Source of the DNA: Dehalococcoidia bacterium
GTDB taxonomy: Bacteria; Chloroflexota; Dehalococcoidia; Lucifugimonadales; GCA-2712585
Assembly (NCBI GenBank): GCA_034420855.1
Contig: DAOUKX010000021.1
Span: 1-55,824 of the forward strand
DNA length: 55,824 nucleotides
Direction: 5' to 3'
Notes under the pieces: generated by a model
The model's input: only the letters and a program-made list of their open reading frames with translations
Databases searched by the model: none
What the model was told of the DNA's origin: nothing
Translations under genes and position numbers: made by a program
Shown here: in pieces, positions 16,799 through 25,805 of the stretch
Layout of the letters: every line of letters begins with the position of its first letter
How positions within the stretch are numbered: position 1 is the first letter of the stretch

Positions 16799-17057
16799 AT
16801 TTTACCCTTCTGTCGAATCAAGACGGTTGGTACAGCGCCCTTCGCTTTTCGGCTCATCGTATCAAGTCTATAGAGTATGTGCCTGTTGAAGTTATTGCCT
16901 GCCATGAATCCGCTCTACAAACTCTTACCGTAGGCGAGAAGACTCGGCAATACTGGTAGACAAGTAAGTCGGGGGCGCAACACATGGACCGGCTAAATGG
17001 TTCTGTCATTTATTATGCAAGTTGCCGGTCTTGGAAGGTTTGTGACGGTTGTAATGT

Positions 17058-18134
17058 TCAACGGACAGCGCCGCTATGTGCAAGAGGCTCAGGCTGAGCA
17101 GCCTTGCTTGGATTTGGGTAGAACTGGGCACAGTAGGCCCTGAAGGGCATTACCTCTCCGTCGGAGCGGGATAGACGAGGGCGGGAGACGTACTGCTTAC
17201 GGCTCCAGATGATTACATCCTGAAGTACGTCTCTGAGCTGAACGGCCGAGATGAACTTGTTGATAATGGGGGCGCGCAGTCCTGTGGGAAGAAATCCCAA
17301 GCCGGCGAGCAGCTTCTTTGGGTTGCGGATTTCTCGTACTTGTGACACGAGAGTTAAGTCAATGAACGTTCCGTCTACGGGCGTTGCGAGGACCCAGAGG
17401 CGCATGTCCATGCCAATTGAGTGTTCACGGATCTCCACATGGGAGTAGCCCAGTCCGCAAACAAGGGTTTTTGCTGAGATGTTCATAGTGAAGGTTGGGA
17501 GCTTGGCGAAAGAAAAGGTCCTGGAGAAATCGAACCGGCTATCCAGATATGGGCCGGTTATCGTTGCTTTACCGACCCGCTTAACGCTGTCGTAGCCATG
17601 AACGTAGCGCAGGTGGGCCAAATCTACGGAGTTCTCAGATGTTTCCTGGGGGTGACCGGAAAAGCGGACGGTCCTGATGCTGTTGCTGCACCAACCGGTT
17701 TGATCGAGCAGTTCTGTGGGCAGGCGCCATTGGGGTTTGCGGCCCTCAATCCCCCACCATGCGAATAAGAGGCCGTTGATTTCCCGGGTCTCATATACTT
17801 TCAGCCTGGCAGTCTTGGGAGGTTCTGCATAGGGTGTGGCGACGCATTGGCCTGTGGCATCGAATTCAAAACCATGGAAGGGACAGACCAGCCGCCCGGC
17901 GCATACGCGTCCACCGGCAGCAGGGCCTAACTGCGAACCCAGATGAGGACAGTAGGCATCGGCCACGCATATTTGGCCGTCCTCGTCACACCAGACAACG
18001 ATGTTTTCTCCCATCCAGGTCTTCTGGATGAGCTTGGCTTTCAGGATGTCCTTACGGTTTGTGATGAAGTACCAACCCTCAGGAAAAGGGGAAAGCGATT
18101 GGGCATACGTGAGTTTCGTACGTTGGGCTGACAT
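17058..18134 (-). CDS. Rieske [2Fe-2S] non-heme-iron oxygenase, alpha-subunit type
   Basis: 358 aa. Rieske motif CPHLGSQLG-x13-CPFHGFEF (C62/H64/C84/H87, nt 17874-17951). Mononuclear iron motif ENSVDLAHLRYVH (E/N..D..H....H). No ferredoxin or reductase gene is adjacent. Confidence 0.85.
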   Translation of the reverse strand: MSAQRTKLTYAQSLSPFPEGWYFITNRKDILKAKLIQKTWMGENIVVWCDEDGQICVADAYCPHLGSQLGPAAGGRVCAGRLVCPFHGFEFDATGQCVATPYAEPPKTARLKVYETREINGLLFAWWGIEGRKPQWRLPTELLDQTGWCSNSIRTVRFSGHPQETSENSVDLAHLRYVHGYDSVKRVGKATITGPYLDSRFDFSRTFSFAKLPTFTMNISAKTLVCGLGYSHVEIREHSIGMDMRLWVLATPVDGTFIDLTLVSQVREIRNPKKLLAGLGFLPTGLRAPIINKFISAVQLRDVLQDVIIWSRKQYVSRPRLSRSDGEVMPFRAYCAQFYPNPSKAAQPEPLAHSGAVR

Positions 18135-18197
18135 CGTTCAAAACTCCCTCTCAAAGTTCCTATACCGGCGCCTTCCATGTCACGCATATTTCACTAA

Positions 18198-18214
18198 TAG
18201 AATATCACATTCTA
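18198..18214. promoter_or_regulatory. Palindrome TAGAAT-atcac-ATTCTA, 64-80 nt upstream of the Rieske oxygenase start (candidate operator and/or -10 element)
   Basis: Perfect 6-bp inverted arms with a 5-nt spacer in the AT-rich 18135-18335 intergenic region. The octamer TAGAATAT also occurs at 9601-9608, directly upstream of the flavoenzyme ATG (9615). Confidence 0.3.
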
Positions 18215-18335
18215 GTACCTGTCTCACCGTGAAAACATGCATAGAAGTAATTTGTGCTTCAGAATCCGAGCCAGGCAAAGGGTTGCAGATCAAGTTTGGC
18301 CTTTTGCGTAACAAGACGAGCATGCTTCAATAAGC

Positions 18336-21300
18336 TTACGTGTCGTTCTCTGTTATCTTCTGTAGTAGTTCAAGTTGCGCCTCTACCTCGCCGGAGAGCT
18401 TATCGAAGACCTGACAGGCCTGGGTTGTTGGGGGGAAGTCGCCGCTGGCCACAACTTCCGAGAGAGAGGCTAGCTTGGGGCCAAGCCGGGTCGGAGGAGG
18501 CTTCTGGGGATTCGATCCGAGGATTGGTATGAGTTGTTCCTCCACGGACGAGAGGTCTTGCTTCATTGTCGAGGCGGTGGTGGATGACTCGTCTATGTTT
18601 TCGCGTATCTCCCGTATCTTGGCAACGGCATTGTTGGTTTTCTTGATGGTGTCGCGAATTCTGATGAGGAGGTCGAACTGGGCCTGAAGATCCTCTTCAG
18701 ATACCGGCACTCGCGAGTCCTTGTAGATTTGGAAGGGCTGAATTTGGGACGCGTTTCCCACGGTGAGGTTGACCTGGTAGTCGCCGGGCGGGGCGATGGG
18801 TCCTTCCATATGAGTTGTTCCCTCCGCACCAGGATAGCGCATGTCCCAGATAAAACGGTTCATCCCGGGTATCGTGGGTATTCTCTGCCCGTTTTCGCTT
18901 CGGCTGGAGAACTCCTTAATGAAGTTGCCGGCAGAATCAAGGAAGGTCAGCTTGACCTCATCCTGATGTTCTCCATGCAGAAGGTAGGTAAGGGAGACGC
19001 CTCTGGGAGGGTTGGCTCCCGCGACAAGGTAGGTGTGGCGAAGCTGACCCGTGGAAGTATGGCTCTGGTAGAAGGGTGCGATTTCACCGCTAACCATGCG
19101 GTAGTTCTTGCTCCTTCCCGGCCTGTAAGGGAAACTCTGCGGCAGCGCAATGCGGCGGGCTGGCCTTGGTGCGAACAGGAAATCGGTAGCAGGAGCGATG
19201 CCGTCTTTGATCTGGTGCAGAGGCGTCAGATCGTCGAGGATCCAGATGGCCCTTCCGTGGGTGGCGATGACCAGATCGTCGTTCTTGATGACCATATCGT
19301 GGACCGGGACTGCGGGCAGGTTCAGGCTCAATGGCTTCCAGCTGTCGCCGTCGTCAAAGCTGACGTAGACGCTGGTCTCTGTTCCTGCGTACAGCAGTCC
19401 CTGGCGGGCCGGATCCTCCCGTATGACGCGAGTAAAGTCGTTCTCTGGAATACCATTGGTGATTTTCGTCCAGGTTTTGCCGTAATCGTGGGTCTTAAAC
19501 AGGTAGGGCCTGGTGTCGTCCATCTTGTGGTGGGTGGCGGCAAGGTAGGCCGTGGCCGGGTCATGAGAGGAGGGATCGATTGTAATTATAATGGACCACG
19601 AGGGGAGGTCAGGAGGAGTCACGTTCTCCCAGTTCTCTCCGCCGTCTCTTGTTATGTGGACCAGGCCGTCGTCGGAACCGGCCCACAGGAGGCCTTCCGC
19701 GAGGGTGGACTCGTCTAGGGTCATTATACTGCCCATGTTGAAGGGGTTTACCACCTGGATGCTGATGGGACCGCCGTGCAGTTTCGACATTACAGACACG
19801 TCGTTGGTGGTGAGGTCCGGGCTGATGATGGACCAGCTGTGCCCCTCGTCGGTGGAACGAAAGACGACGTGGGCTGCAATGTAGAGCACGCTCGGGTCGT
19901 GAGGCGAAAGGAAGGTGGGGAAGTGGAACTGGAACCGGTACGGGTTGTCCTTGCCAGGGACCATGCCCATGTTCTCAGGCCAGGCCGTAATCATGCGAGT
20001 CTGTCCGGTGGAATGATCGTACATAGTCAGGTTGCCGCCGCCGCCGGGGGAACTCCCAATGGCTCCGGCGAAGACGATGTTTGGGTTCTCGGGATGAACG
20101 GCGATATGGCCGCTTTCGGCGGGGCCAGCGATATGACAATGCTGCCACAGGATGGCTGCGTCGTTGGTGCTGCTGGGCACGCTCATGGCGGTGTTGTCCA
20201 TCTGGGTGGCGTACACGCGATATGGGTCCTGGTTGTCGGTGGTGAGGTGGAAGAAGCTGGCGGTGGGCTGGTTGTAGAGGGTGGACCAGGTGAAGCCGCC
20301 GTTCAGCGAAACCACAGCCCCGCCGTCGCTTCCTTCAATCATGCGGTCCGGATTGTTGGGGTCTATCCAAAGATCATGATTGTCGCCGTGGGGCATCGGC
20401 AGACTCTCGAAGGTGCGCCCTCCGTCAGTGGACTTCCAGAACTCTACGGATAGGACGTAGCAGGTGTCCGCTTCAGTGGGGTGAGCAAAAACGTGGATGT
20501 AGTAGGTACCGCGCCACCACAGGTTTGCCTGGCCGGTTAGCTTCTGCCACGTTTCCCCTGAGTCGTCAGAGCGGTAGAGGCCGCCGTCCTCGGCTTCAAT
20601 CAGCGCCCAAACTCGCTCAGGCATTGCGGGGGAAATAGCAACGCCGATCTTGCCAAGGATACCCGGGGGCATGCCGGGGTTGCAGCTGATTTCGGTCCAT
20701 GTATCACCGCCGTCTTCAGAACGAGAGAGGCCGCTGTGGGGGCCGCCGCTTTGGTGCGTCCACGGATAGCCGCGCAGTTGATATAGAGAGGCGAAGAGAC
20801 GCCGGGGGTTGTTTGGGTCCATGCTGATGTCGATGCCACCAGCTTGCGGCGTGTTGTAGAGGACTTTCTCCCAGCTTCGGCCTCCGTCCCTGGAGCGGAA
20901 TATACCCCGATCCTCATTCGGCCCCCAGACGTGGCCGAGGGCAGCAACGTAGACCAGTTCCGGGTCTTCCGGATGGACGCGAATCTTGGCTATGTGCCGG
21001 GTGTCTTTAAGGCCCATGTTTACCCATGTGCGTCCGCCGTCCGTGGACTTGTACACACCGTCGCCGTGGGACTCGTTGCTCTGGAAGGTGGACTCGCCGG
21101 TGCCAACGTAGATGACATTGGGATCGGAAGGTGCCACGGCAATGGCGCCCACGGAGGCGGTGGTAAAGAAGGCGTCGGATACGTTTTCCCAGTGGGTCCC
21201 CGCGTCTACGGTCTTCCAGACTCCCCCACCGCTGGCGCCGAAGTAGAATACCAGGGGGTTTGAGGGATCGGCGGCAACGGCGACCACTCTGGCGCCGCGG

Positions 21301-21359
21301 AACGGGCCGATGCATCGCCATTCCATTGCCTGAAACTTGGCAGGGCTAACGTTTACCAT
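18336..21359 (-). CDS. BNR/Asp-box repeat, sortilin/VPS10-like double beta-propeller protein (commonly annotated as glycosyl hydrolase, BNR repeat)
   Basis: 1007 aa with at least 9 Asp-box-like motifs of S.D.G.TW type (STDGGRTW, SRDGGRSW, SEDGGDTW, SDDSGETW, STDGGRTF, STDEGHSW, TRDGGENW, THDYGKTW, FDDGDSW). No obvious signal peptide. Confidence 0.8.
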   Translation of the reverse strand: MVNVSPAKFQAMEWRCIGPFRGARVVAVAADPSNPLVFYFGASGGGVWKTVDAGTHWENVSDAFFTTASVGAIAVAPSDPNVIYVGTGESTFQSNESHGDGVYKSTDGGRTWVNMGLKDTRHIAKIRVHPEDPELVYVAALGHVWGPNEDRGIFRSRDGGRSWEKVLYNTPQAGGIDISMDPNNPRRLFASLYQLRGYPWTHQSGGPHSGLSRSEDGGDTWTEISCNPGMPPGILGKIGVAISPAMPERVWALIEAEDGGLYRSDDSGETWQKLTGQANLWWRGTYYIHVFAHPTEADTCYVLSVEFWKSTDGGRTFESLPMPHGDNHDLWIDPNNPDRMIEGSDGGAVVSLNGGFTWSTLYNQPTASFFHLTTDNQDPYRVYATQMDNTAMSVPSSTNDAAILWQHCHIAGPAESGHIAVHPENPNIVFAGAIGSSPGGGGNLTMYDHSTGQTRMITAWPENMGMVPGKDNPYRFQFHFPTFLSPHDPSVLYIAAHVVFRSTDEGHSWSIISPDLTTNDVSVMSKLHGGPISIQVVNPFNMGSIMTLDESTLAEGLLWAGSDDGLVHITRDGGENWENVTPPDLPSWSIIITIDPSSHDPATAYLAATHHKMDDTRPYLFKTHDYGKTWTKITNGIPENDFTRVIREDPARQGLLYAGTETSVYVSFDDGDSWKPLSLNLPAVPVHDMVIKNDDLVIATHGRAIWILDDLTPLHQIKDGIAPATDFLFAPRPARRIALPQSFPYRPGRSKNYRMVSGEIAPFYQSHTSTGQLRHTYLVAGANPPRGVSLTYLLHGEHQDEVKLTFLDSAGNFIKEFSSRSENGQRIPTIPGMNRFIWDMRYPGAEGTTHMEGPIAPPGDYQVNLTVGNASQIQPFQIYKDSRVPVSEEDLQAQFDLLIRIRDTIKKTNNAVAKIREIRENIDESSTTASTMKQDLSSVEEQLIPILGSNPQKPPPTRLGPKLASLSEVVASGDFPPTTQACQVFDKLSGEVEAQLELLQKITENDT

Positions 21360-21460
21360 GGGGAATACCTCCGTGCAGTCTAGTGGCAGTCCATTACGTC
21401 AGGGCATGGTCTTCTGCCGTTAAGGCGCCGCAATTTGGCGTCTTGCAAATCCGATAGGGC

Positions 21461-21895
21461 CTAAACAATCTTGGAACCGAGGCACTTGAAGAAGCGGCCA
21501 ATCTGCTGCTGGGCCACGTTGGTCATCAGGCGTTGTCCGGCTCTAGCGAGGACACCAGTTACCTGAACGTCTCCGTTGAAGGAGAGGGTTGTCCCTCCGT
21601 CTTTCTCACGCAGAGCAATCTCGCCTTCCGCAGAGAGGTTTGTCCGTACTCCTGAGCCGCGGACTTTCATGCGGTAGGAGTGGGGAGGAGCTTTGTCTGC
21701 TATCTCCATTGTGCCGTTGTAGGTGGCGGATACGATTCCTACTCGCAGGGCGACTTCCACTTTGTAGCTGTCGGGCGAAAGAGGGGTGAATGATTTTACG
21801 CCGGGAATGCACTCCTTCACGACTTCCGGGTCCAACAGGGCGTCCCATAGCCGTTCCGGAGGCGCCTGAAACTGGTAGTTTCCTTGTAATTTCAT
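21461..21895 (-). CDS. SRPBCC-fold CoxG-like protein (carbon monoxide dehydrogenase subunit G family)
   Basis: 144 aa. MKLQGNYQFQAPPERLWDALLDPEVVKECIPG... is typical of the CoxG family. Divergent from the coxS-like gene. Confidence 0.8.
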   Translation of the reverse strand: MKLQGNYQFQAPPERLWDALLDPEVVKECIPGVKSFTPLSPDSYKVEVALRVGIVSATYNGTMEIADKAPPHSYRMKVRGSGVRTNLSAEGEIALREKDGGTTLSFNGDVQVTGVLARAGQRLMTNVAQQQIGRFFKCLGSKIV

Positions 21896-22045
21896 ACGGG
21901 GATTATAGCAGAGGCGGAAGATTCATTCGAGAAAACCTTCACGTTCTCTTTATCGTTGACAAAATAGCGGCATCTGATACACTTCCCGCAACGGTGTAAC
22001 CAGACACTCAAATGTCTGGAATGGCAGTAAAAGGGCAGGTGCGAC

Positions 22046-22519
22046 GTGAAAGTTCCTGTGGAAATCACTATCAATGGGAAGAGTTGCAGCGGCGAAGTAG
22101 AGCCACGCCAGTTGCTTGTACACTTCATCCGAGAAGACGCCGGCTTAACGGGGACGAAAGTCGGCTGCGACACGAGCCAGTGCGGCTCCTGTACGGTGAA
22201 GTTGGACGGGATGGCGGTAAAGGCCTGCACGGTGCTGACTGTACAGGCATCCGGGTCCGAAGTTACTACAATCGAAGGGCTGGCAGACGGGTCAGACTTG
22301 CATCCGCTGCAGGAGGCCTTCTGGAACAAGCACGGCCTGCAGTGCGGCTTCTGTACCCCAGGGATGATTATCGCGGCGGATGAACTGCTCCGAAAGAACC
22401 CTTCGCCGACCCGGTCGGAAATTCGACACGGCCTTGAAGGAAACATCTGCCGGTGCACCGGCTATCAGAACATCGTGCTTGCCGTCGAAGAGGCTGCTCG
22501 CGGAATGGGAGGCTCTTAG
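22046..22519 (+). CDS. (2Fe-2S)-binding small subunit of a xanthine dehydrogenase/CODH-family molybdenum hydroxylase (CoxS-like)
   Basis: 157 aa, GTG start. Two cluster motifs: [12 protein letters not shown] and CGFCTPG...CRCTGY. Confidence 0.9.
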   Translation: MKVPVEITINGKSCSGEVEPRQLLVHFIREDAGLTGTKVGCDTSQCGSCTVKLDGMAVKACTVLTVQASGSEVTTIEGLADGSDLHPLQEAFWNKHGLQCGFCTPGMIIAADELLRKNPSPTRSEIRHGLEGNICRCTGYQNIVLAVEEAARGMGGS

Positions 22520-22522
22520 CCT

Positions 22523-24877
22523 ATGACTACACGCATATTTGGCTCAGGCATTCGCCGTCGCGAAGACCCCAGGCTCATCACGGGACGGGCTGCTTACACC
22601 GACGACATCAAAATTCCAGGCATGGTGCATGCAGCTATCCTGCGCAGCCCCTATGCCCACGCGACCATTACGTCCATTAACACCAGCGATGCGGCCCAGC
22701 AGCCGGGCGTCATTGCCGTCTATACGGGAGAAGACACGGACGGGGTCCTGAACGGACTTCCCTGCGCCTGGCTGATTCCGAATTCCGACCTGAAGACTCC
22801 GGACCATCCGGCCATTGCCAAGGACAGGGTGCGATACGTGGGGGACGCCGTGGCGGTGGTCGTCGCAAACACCCGCTACGAGGCGGAAGACGCCCTTGAG
22901 TTCATCTCCGTGGAGTACGAGCCTCTGGATGCGGTCTTAAACCCCAAAGAGGCCACGCAGGACGGCGCGCCCCAACTCCACGATGACGTGCCCAACAACC
23001 TGGCGTTCACATGGGCTGTCGCGGGCGGAGACACCGACGCTGCCTTTGCCGACGCGGACGTAACCGTAAGTGACACAATCACCCTGCAGAGGCTGATTGC
23101 GAATCCAATGGAGCCCCGCTCAGCCATCGCACAATGGGTGGGACAAACCGGAGACCTCACTCTCTGGAGTACTACCCAGAACCCTCACATCGCCCGGTTC
23201 CTGACCTCCGTAGTCACCGGCGTAGGGGAACACAAAATACGCGTGATTGCACCTGAAGTCGGAGGCGGGTTCGGCAGCAAGATTCCCTACTATGCGGACG
23301 AGGCTATCGCCGCATTCTGTTCCATGAAGCTGGACGTGCCGGTCAAGTGGACGGAGACCCGGAGCGAGAACTATCTGATTACTACCCAAGGCCGCGACCA
23401 CATCGAAGAAGTGGAGATGGCGGCCACGTCGGACGGGAAGATAACCGGACTGCGCACGACGGTCTACGCAGGTCTGGGAGCGTATCTTTCGACGGCCAGT
23501 CCGGGCGTTCCTACGATTCTGCACGGGCTGATGTACTCCGGTTCCTACGACATCCCGAATATCTCCGGCACGGTCTACGGCGTGTTCAACAATGGCACTC
23601 CGGTGGACGCCTATCGTGGAGCGGGACGTCCTGAGGCTACGATGCTGATAGAACGGCTTGTAGACCTGATGGCCGCCAAGCTCGGAATGGACGCGGTGGA
23701 ATTCAGACGGAAGAATCTGATTCCCAAGTTTGAGAACGGACATGACGTTGCCACCGGAATCACCTACGACAGCGGCAACTACCATGCAACGCTGGATACC
23801 TGCCTGGACGCTGCCGGCTACTCAAGTCTCAGGGAGAAGCAGAGCGAGCTGCGCAAACAGGGACGCTACATGGGCATAGGCGTGAGCACCTACGTGGAAA
23901 TTTGCGGCCTTGGCCCATCCCAGGTAGCGGGCGCCGTCGGCTTCCAGGGTGGCCTATGGGAGAGCGCCATCGTTCGTTTCCATCCCACGGGGAAGGTCAA
24001 CGTGATGGTTGGGTCTTCACCCCACGGACAGGGGGAAGAGACCACCTTCGCCCAGATAGTGGCGGATGAGGTGGGTGTGGACGTGGACGACGTGGAGATC
24101 ATCCACGGAGACACGGACCTGACACCCATGGGCTGGGGCACCTACGGCAGTCGCACTACGGCGGTTTCCGGCGCCGCAGTAACCCTGGCCACGCGCAAGA
24201 TTAAAGAAAAGTCCAAGGCCCTGGCAGCCCACCTGCTGGAGGCCGCGGCCGAGGACATCGAGTACGAGGATGGCAGGTTCTTTGTGAGAGGGTCTCCTGA
24301 TCAGGCCAAGACCATTCAGGACATTGCCCTCATGGCCAACGTGGCCTGGGACATGCCGGAAGGCATGGAGCCGGGCCTCGAGGCCAGCGCCTTCTACGAC
24401 CCGCCGAACTTCACCTATCCCTTCGGAGCGCACCTGGCCGTGGTGGAGGTTGATCCGGCCACGGGCGAGATCGACCTGCAGAAGTACTACGCCGTGGACG
24501 ATTGCGGCCCGCAGATCAATCCCATGATTGTAGAAGGCCAGGTACACGGGGGCGTTGTCCAGGGAGTCGGCCCAGCCCTCTGGGAAGGCGTCGTATACGA
24601 CGATGACGGCCAGCTTCTGACGGGGACGATGCTTGATTACGCGCTGCCGCGCGCCGACGGATTCCCGGACATCCACGTGCAGTCCAACGTGACTCCCTCC
24701 CCCCATCACCCACTAGGCTTGAAGGGAGTGGGTGAGGCGGGAACCATCGCATCTACCCCAACGGTCTATAACGCTGTCATGGACGCGCTGCGGCCGCTGG
24801 GAGTTACCCGAATAGACATGCCGTTGACACCTGAAAAGGTGTGGCGGGCGATCAATTCCGCACAGAACGGAGCATAG
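22523..24877 (+). CDS. Molybdopterin-binding large subunit, form-II CoxL-like (xanthine dehydrogenase family)
   Basis: 784 aa. The active-site loop reads AYRGAGR (nt 23609-23629), the form-II signature, not the AYRCSFR of bona fide aerobic CO dehydrogenase. Gene order is S-L-M, as in form-II clusters. Confidence 0.9.
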   Translation: MTTRIFGSGIRRREDPRLITGRAAYTDDIKIPGMVHAAILRSPYAHATITSINTSDAAQQPGVIAVYTGEDTDGVLNGLPCAWLIPNSDLKTPDHPAIAKDRVRYVGDAVAVVVANTRYEAEDALEFISVEYEPLDAVLNPKEATQDGAPQLHDDVPNNLAFTWAVAGGDTDAAFADADVTVSDTITLQRLIANPMEPRSAIAQWVGQTGDLTLWSTTQNPHIARFLTSVVTGVGEHKIRVIAPEVGGGFGSKIPYYADEAIAAFCSMKLDVPVKWTETRSENYLITTQGRDHIEEVEMAATSDGKITGLRTTVYAGLGAYLSTASPGVPTILHGLMYSGSYDIPNISGTVYGVFNNGTPVDAYRGAGRPEATMLIERLVDLMAAKLGMDAVEFRRKNLIPKFENGHDVATGITYDSGNYHATLDTCLDAAGYSSLREKQSELRKQGRYMGIGVSTYVEICGLGPSQVAGAVGFQGGLWESAIVRFHPTGKVNVMVGSSPHGQGEETTFAQIVADEVGVDVDDVEIIHGDTDLTPMGWGTYGSRTTAVSGAAVTLATRKIKEKSKALAAHLLEAAAEDIEYEDGRFFVRGSPDQAKTIQDIALMANVAWDMPEGMEPGLEASAFYDPPNFTYPFGAHLAVVEVDPATGEIDLQKYYAVDDCGPQINPMIVEGQVHGGVVQGVGPALWEGVVYDDDGQLLTGTMLDYALPRADGFPDIHVQSNVTPSPHHPLGLKGVGEAGTIASTPTVYNAVMDALRPLGVTRIDMPLTPEKVWRAINSAQNGA

Positions 24878-24879
24878 CC

Positions 24880-25746
24880 GTGTTTCCAGCACAGACCGAA
24901 TATCATCGCCCTAATTCCGTGGCCGAAGCCGTAGACCTGCTCTCCAGCAACGAAGGTGCCAAGGTGCTGGCGGGCGGTCACAGTTTGATTCCACTTATGA
25001 AGCTGAGGCTTGTTGCGCCTTCCGTCCTGGTGGATATCGGTCGTATTGGAGCCTTGAAAGGGATAGTGGCCACCGATGACGGGCTGTCAATCGGCGCTTT
25101 GACTACTCAGGCGAGCATCGCAGGCAGCGATATTGTCAACGACCGAGCGCCCCTGCTGGCGGAAGCCGCAGGAATGGTGGGAGACCCGGCGGTGCGCAAT
25201 CGGGGCACCATTGGCGGAAATGTCTCCCACAGTGATCCGGCTTCGGACCTGCCGGCGGTTCTCACGGCTCTTGGAGCCACGTTCAACGTAACAGGCCCAG
25301 CGGGAGAGCGCAGCGTCGCGGCGTCTGATTTCGCCACGGGACTGCTGGAGAACACGCTACAGGAAGATGAGATTTTGACCAGCATAGCGGTCCCGTCGGT
25401 GGTGTCTGGGTCCGGCTCGGCTTATGTCAAATTTGCCCACCCCGCATCACGGTACGCCGTGGTCGGCGTTGCGGCCATCGTTGGGGCGTCCAACGGGCGG
25501 TGTTCTTCTGCAAGCGTCGTTGTTGGAGGTGTGGAGACTACACCTACTCGTGCTTCATCCGTCGAGTCCGCATTGCTGGGTTCGGACCTGAGTGACGAAG
25601 CCTTGGATAACGCGGCTGCGGCAGTATCGGGAGACTTTCAGGGTGATCCGATGAGCGATATTTTCGCATCCGCCGAATACCGGCAGGCGATGGCGGCGGT
25701 TTACGTGCGCCGGGCCCTGGGTGCAGCCGTTTCTCGGGCGGGCTAG
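24880..25746 (+). CDS. FAD-binding medium subunit (CoxM-like)
   Basis: The track ORF starts at 24841 inside the large-subunit gene. An in-frame GTG at 24880 follows directly after the large-subunit stop (24875-24877) and gives VFPAQTEYHRPNSVAEAV..., a typical CoxM N-terminus. Also LAGGHSLIPLMKLR and GTIGGN. Confidence 0.85.
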   Translation: MFPAQTEYHRPNSVAEAVDLLSSNEGAKVLAGGHSLIPLMKLRLVAPSVLVDIGRIGALKGIVATDDGLSIGALTTQASIAGSDIVNDRAPLLAEAAGMVGDPAVRNRGTIGGNVSHSDPASDLPAVLTALGATFNVTGPAGERSVAASDFATGLLENTLQEDEILTSIAVPSVVSGSGSAYVKFAHPASRYAVVGVAAIVGASNGRCSSASVVVGGVETTPTRASSVESALLGSDLSDEALDNAAAAVSGDFQGDPMSDIFASAEYRQAMAAVYVRRALGAAVSRAG

Positions 25747-25805
25747 GTTACCTGAGCCTGCGCCGTCGGCTGGACAGGTATGCTTGGGCCCTATCTCTTT
25801 AGTAT

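Noticed and set aside
18729-20453. Long plus-strand ORFs (329 aa and 225 aa) within the BNR-repeat gene. The same question applies to 7007-7537, 11300-11959, 21892-22458, 23120-23785, 24017-24709, 27037-27744, 29422-30126, 37891-38451, 39710-40261 and 47338-48033.
   Set aside because: All are antisense to genes with strong family signatures, which is typical of GC-rich DNA. None shows a recognisable motif or RBS.
22523-24877. Annotation of the large subunit as an aerobic carbon monoxide dehydrogenase (CoxL form I)
   Set aside because: The active-site loop is AYRGAGR, not AYRCSFR, and the gene order is S-L-M. This is the form-II type, with unknown substrate.
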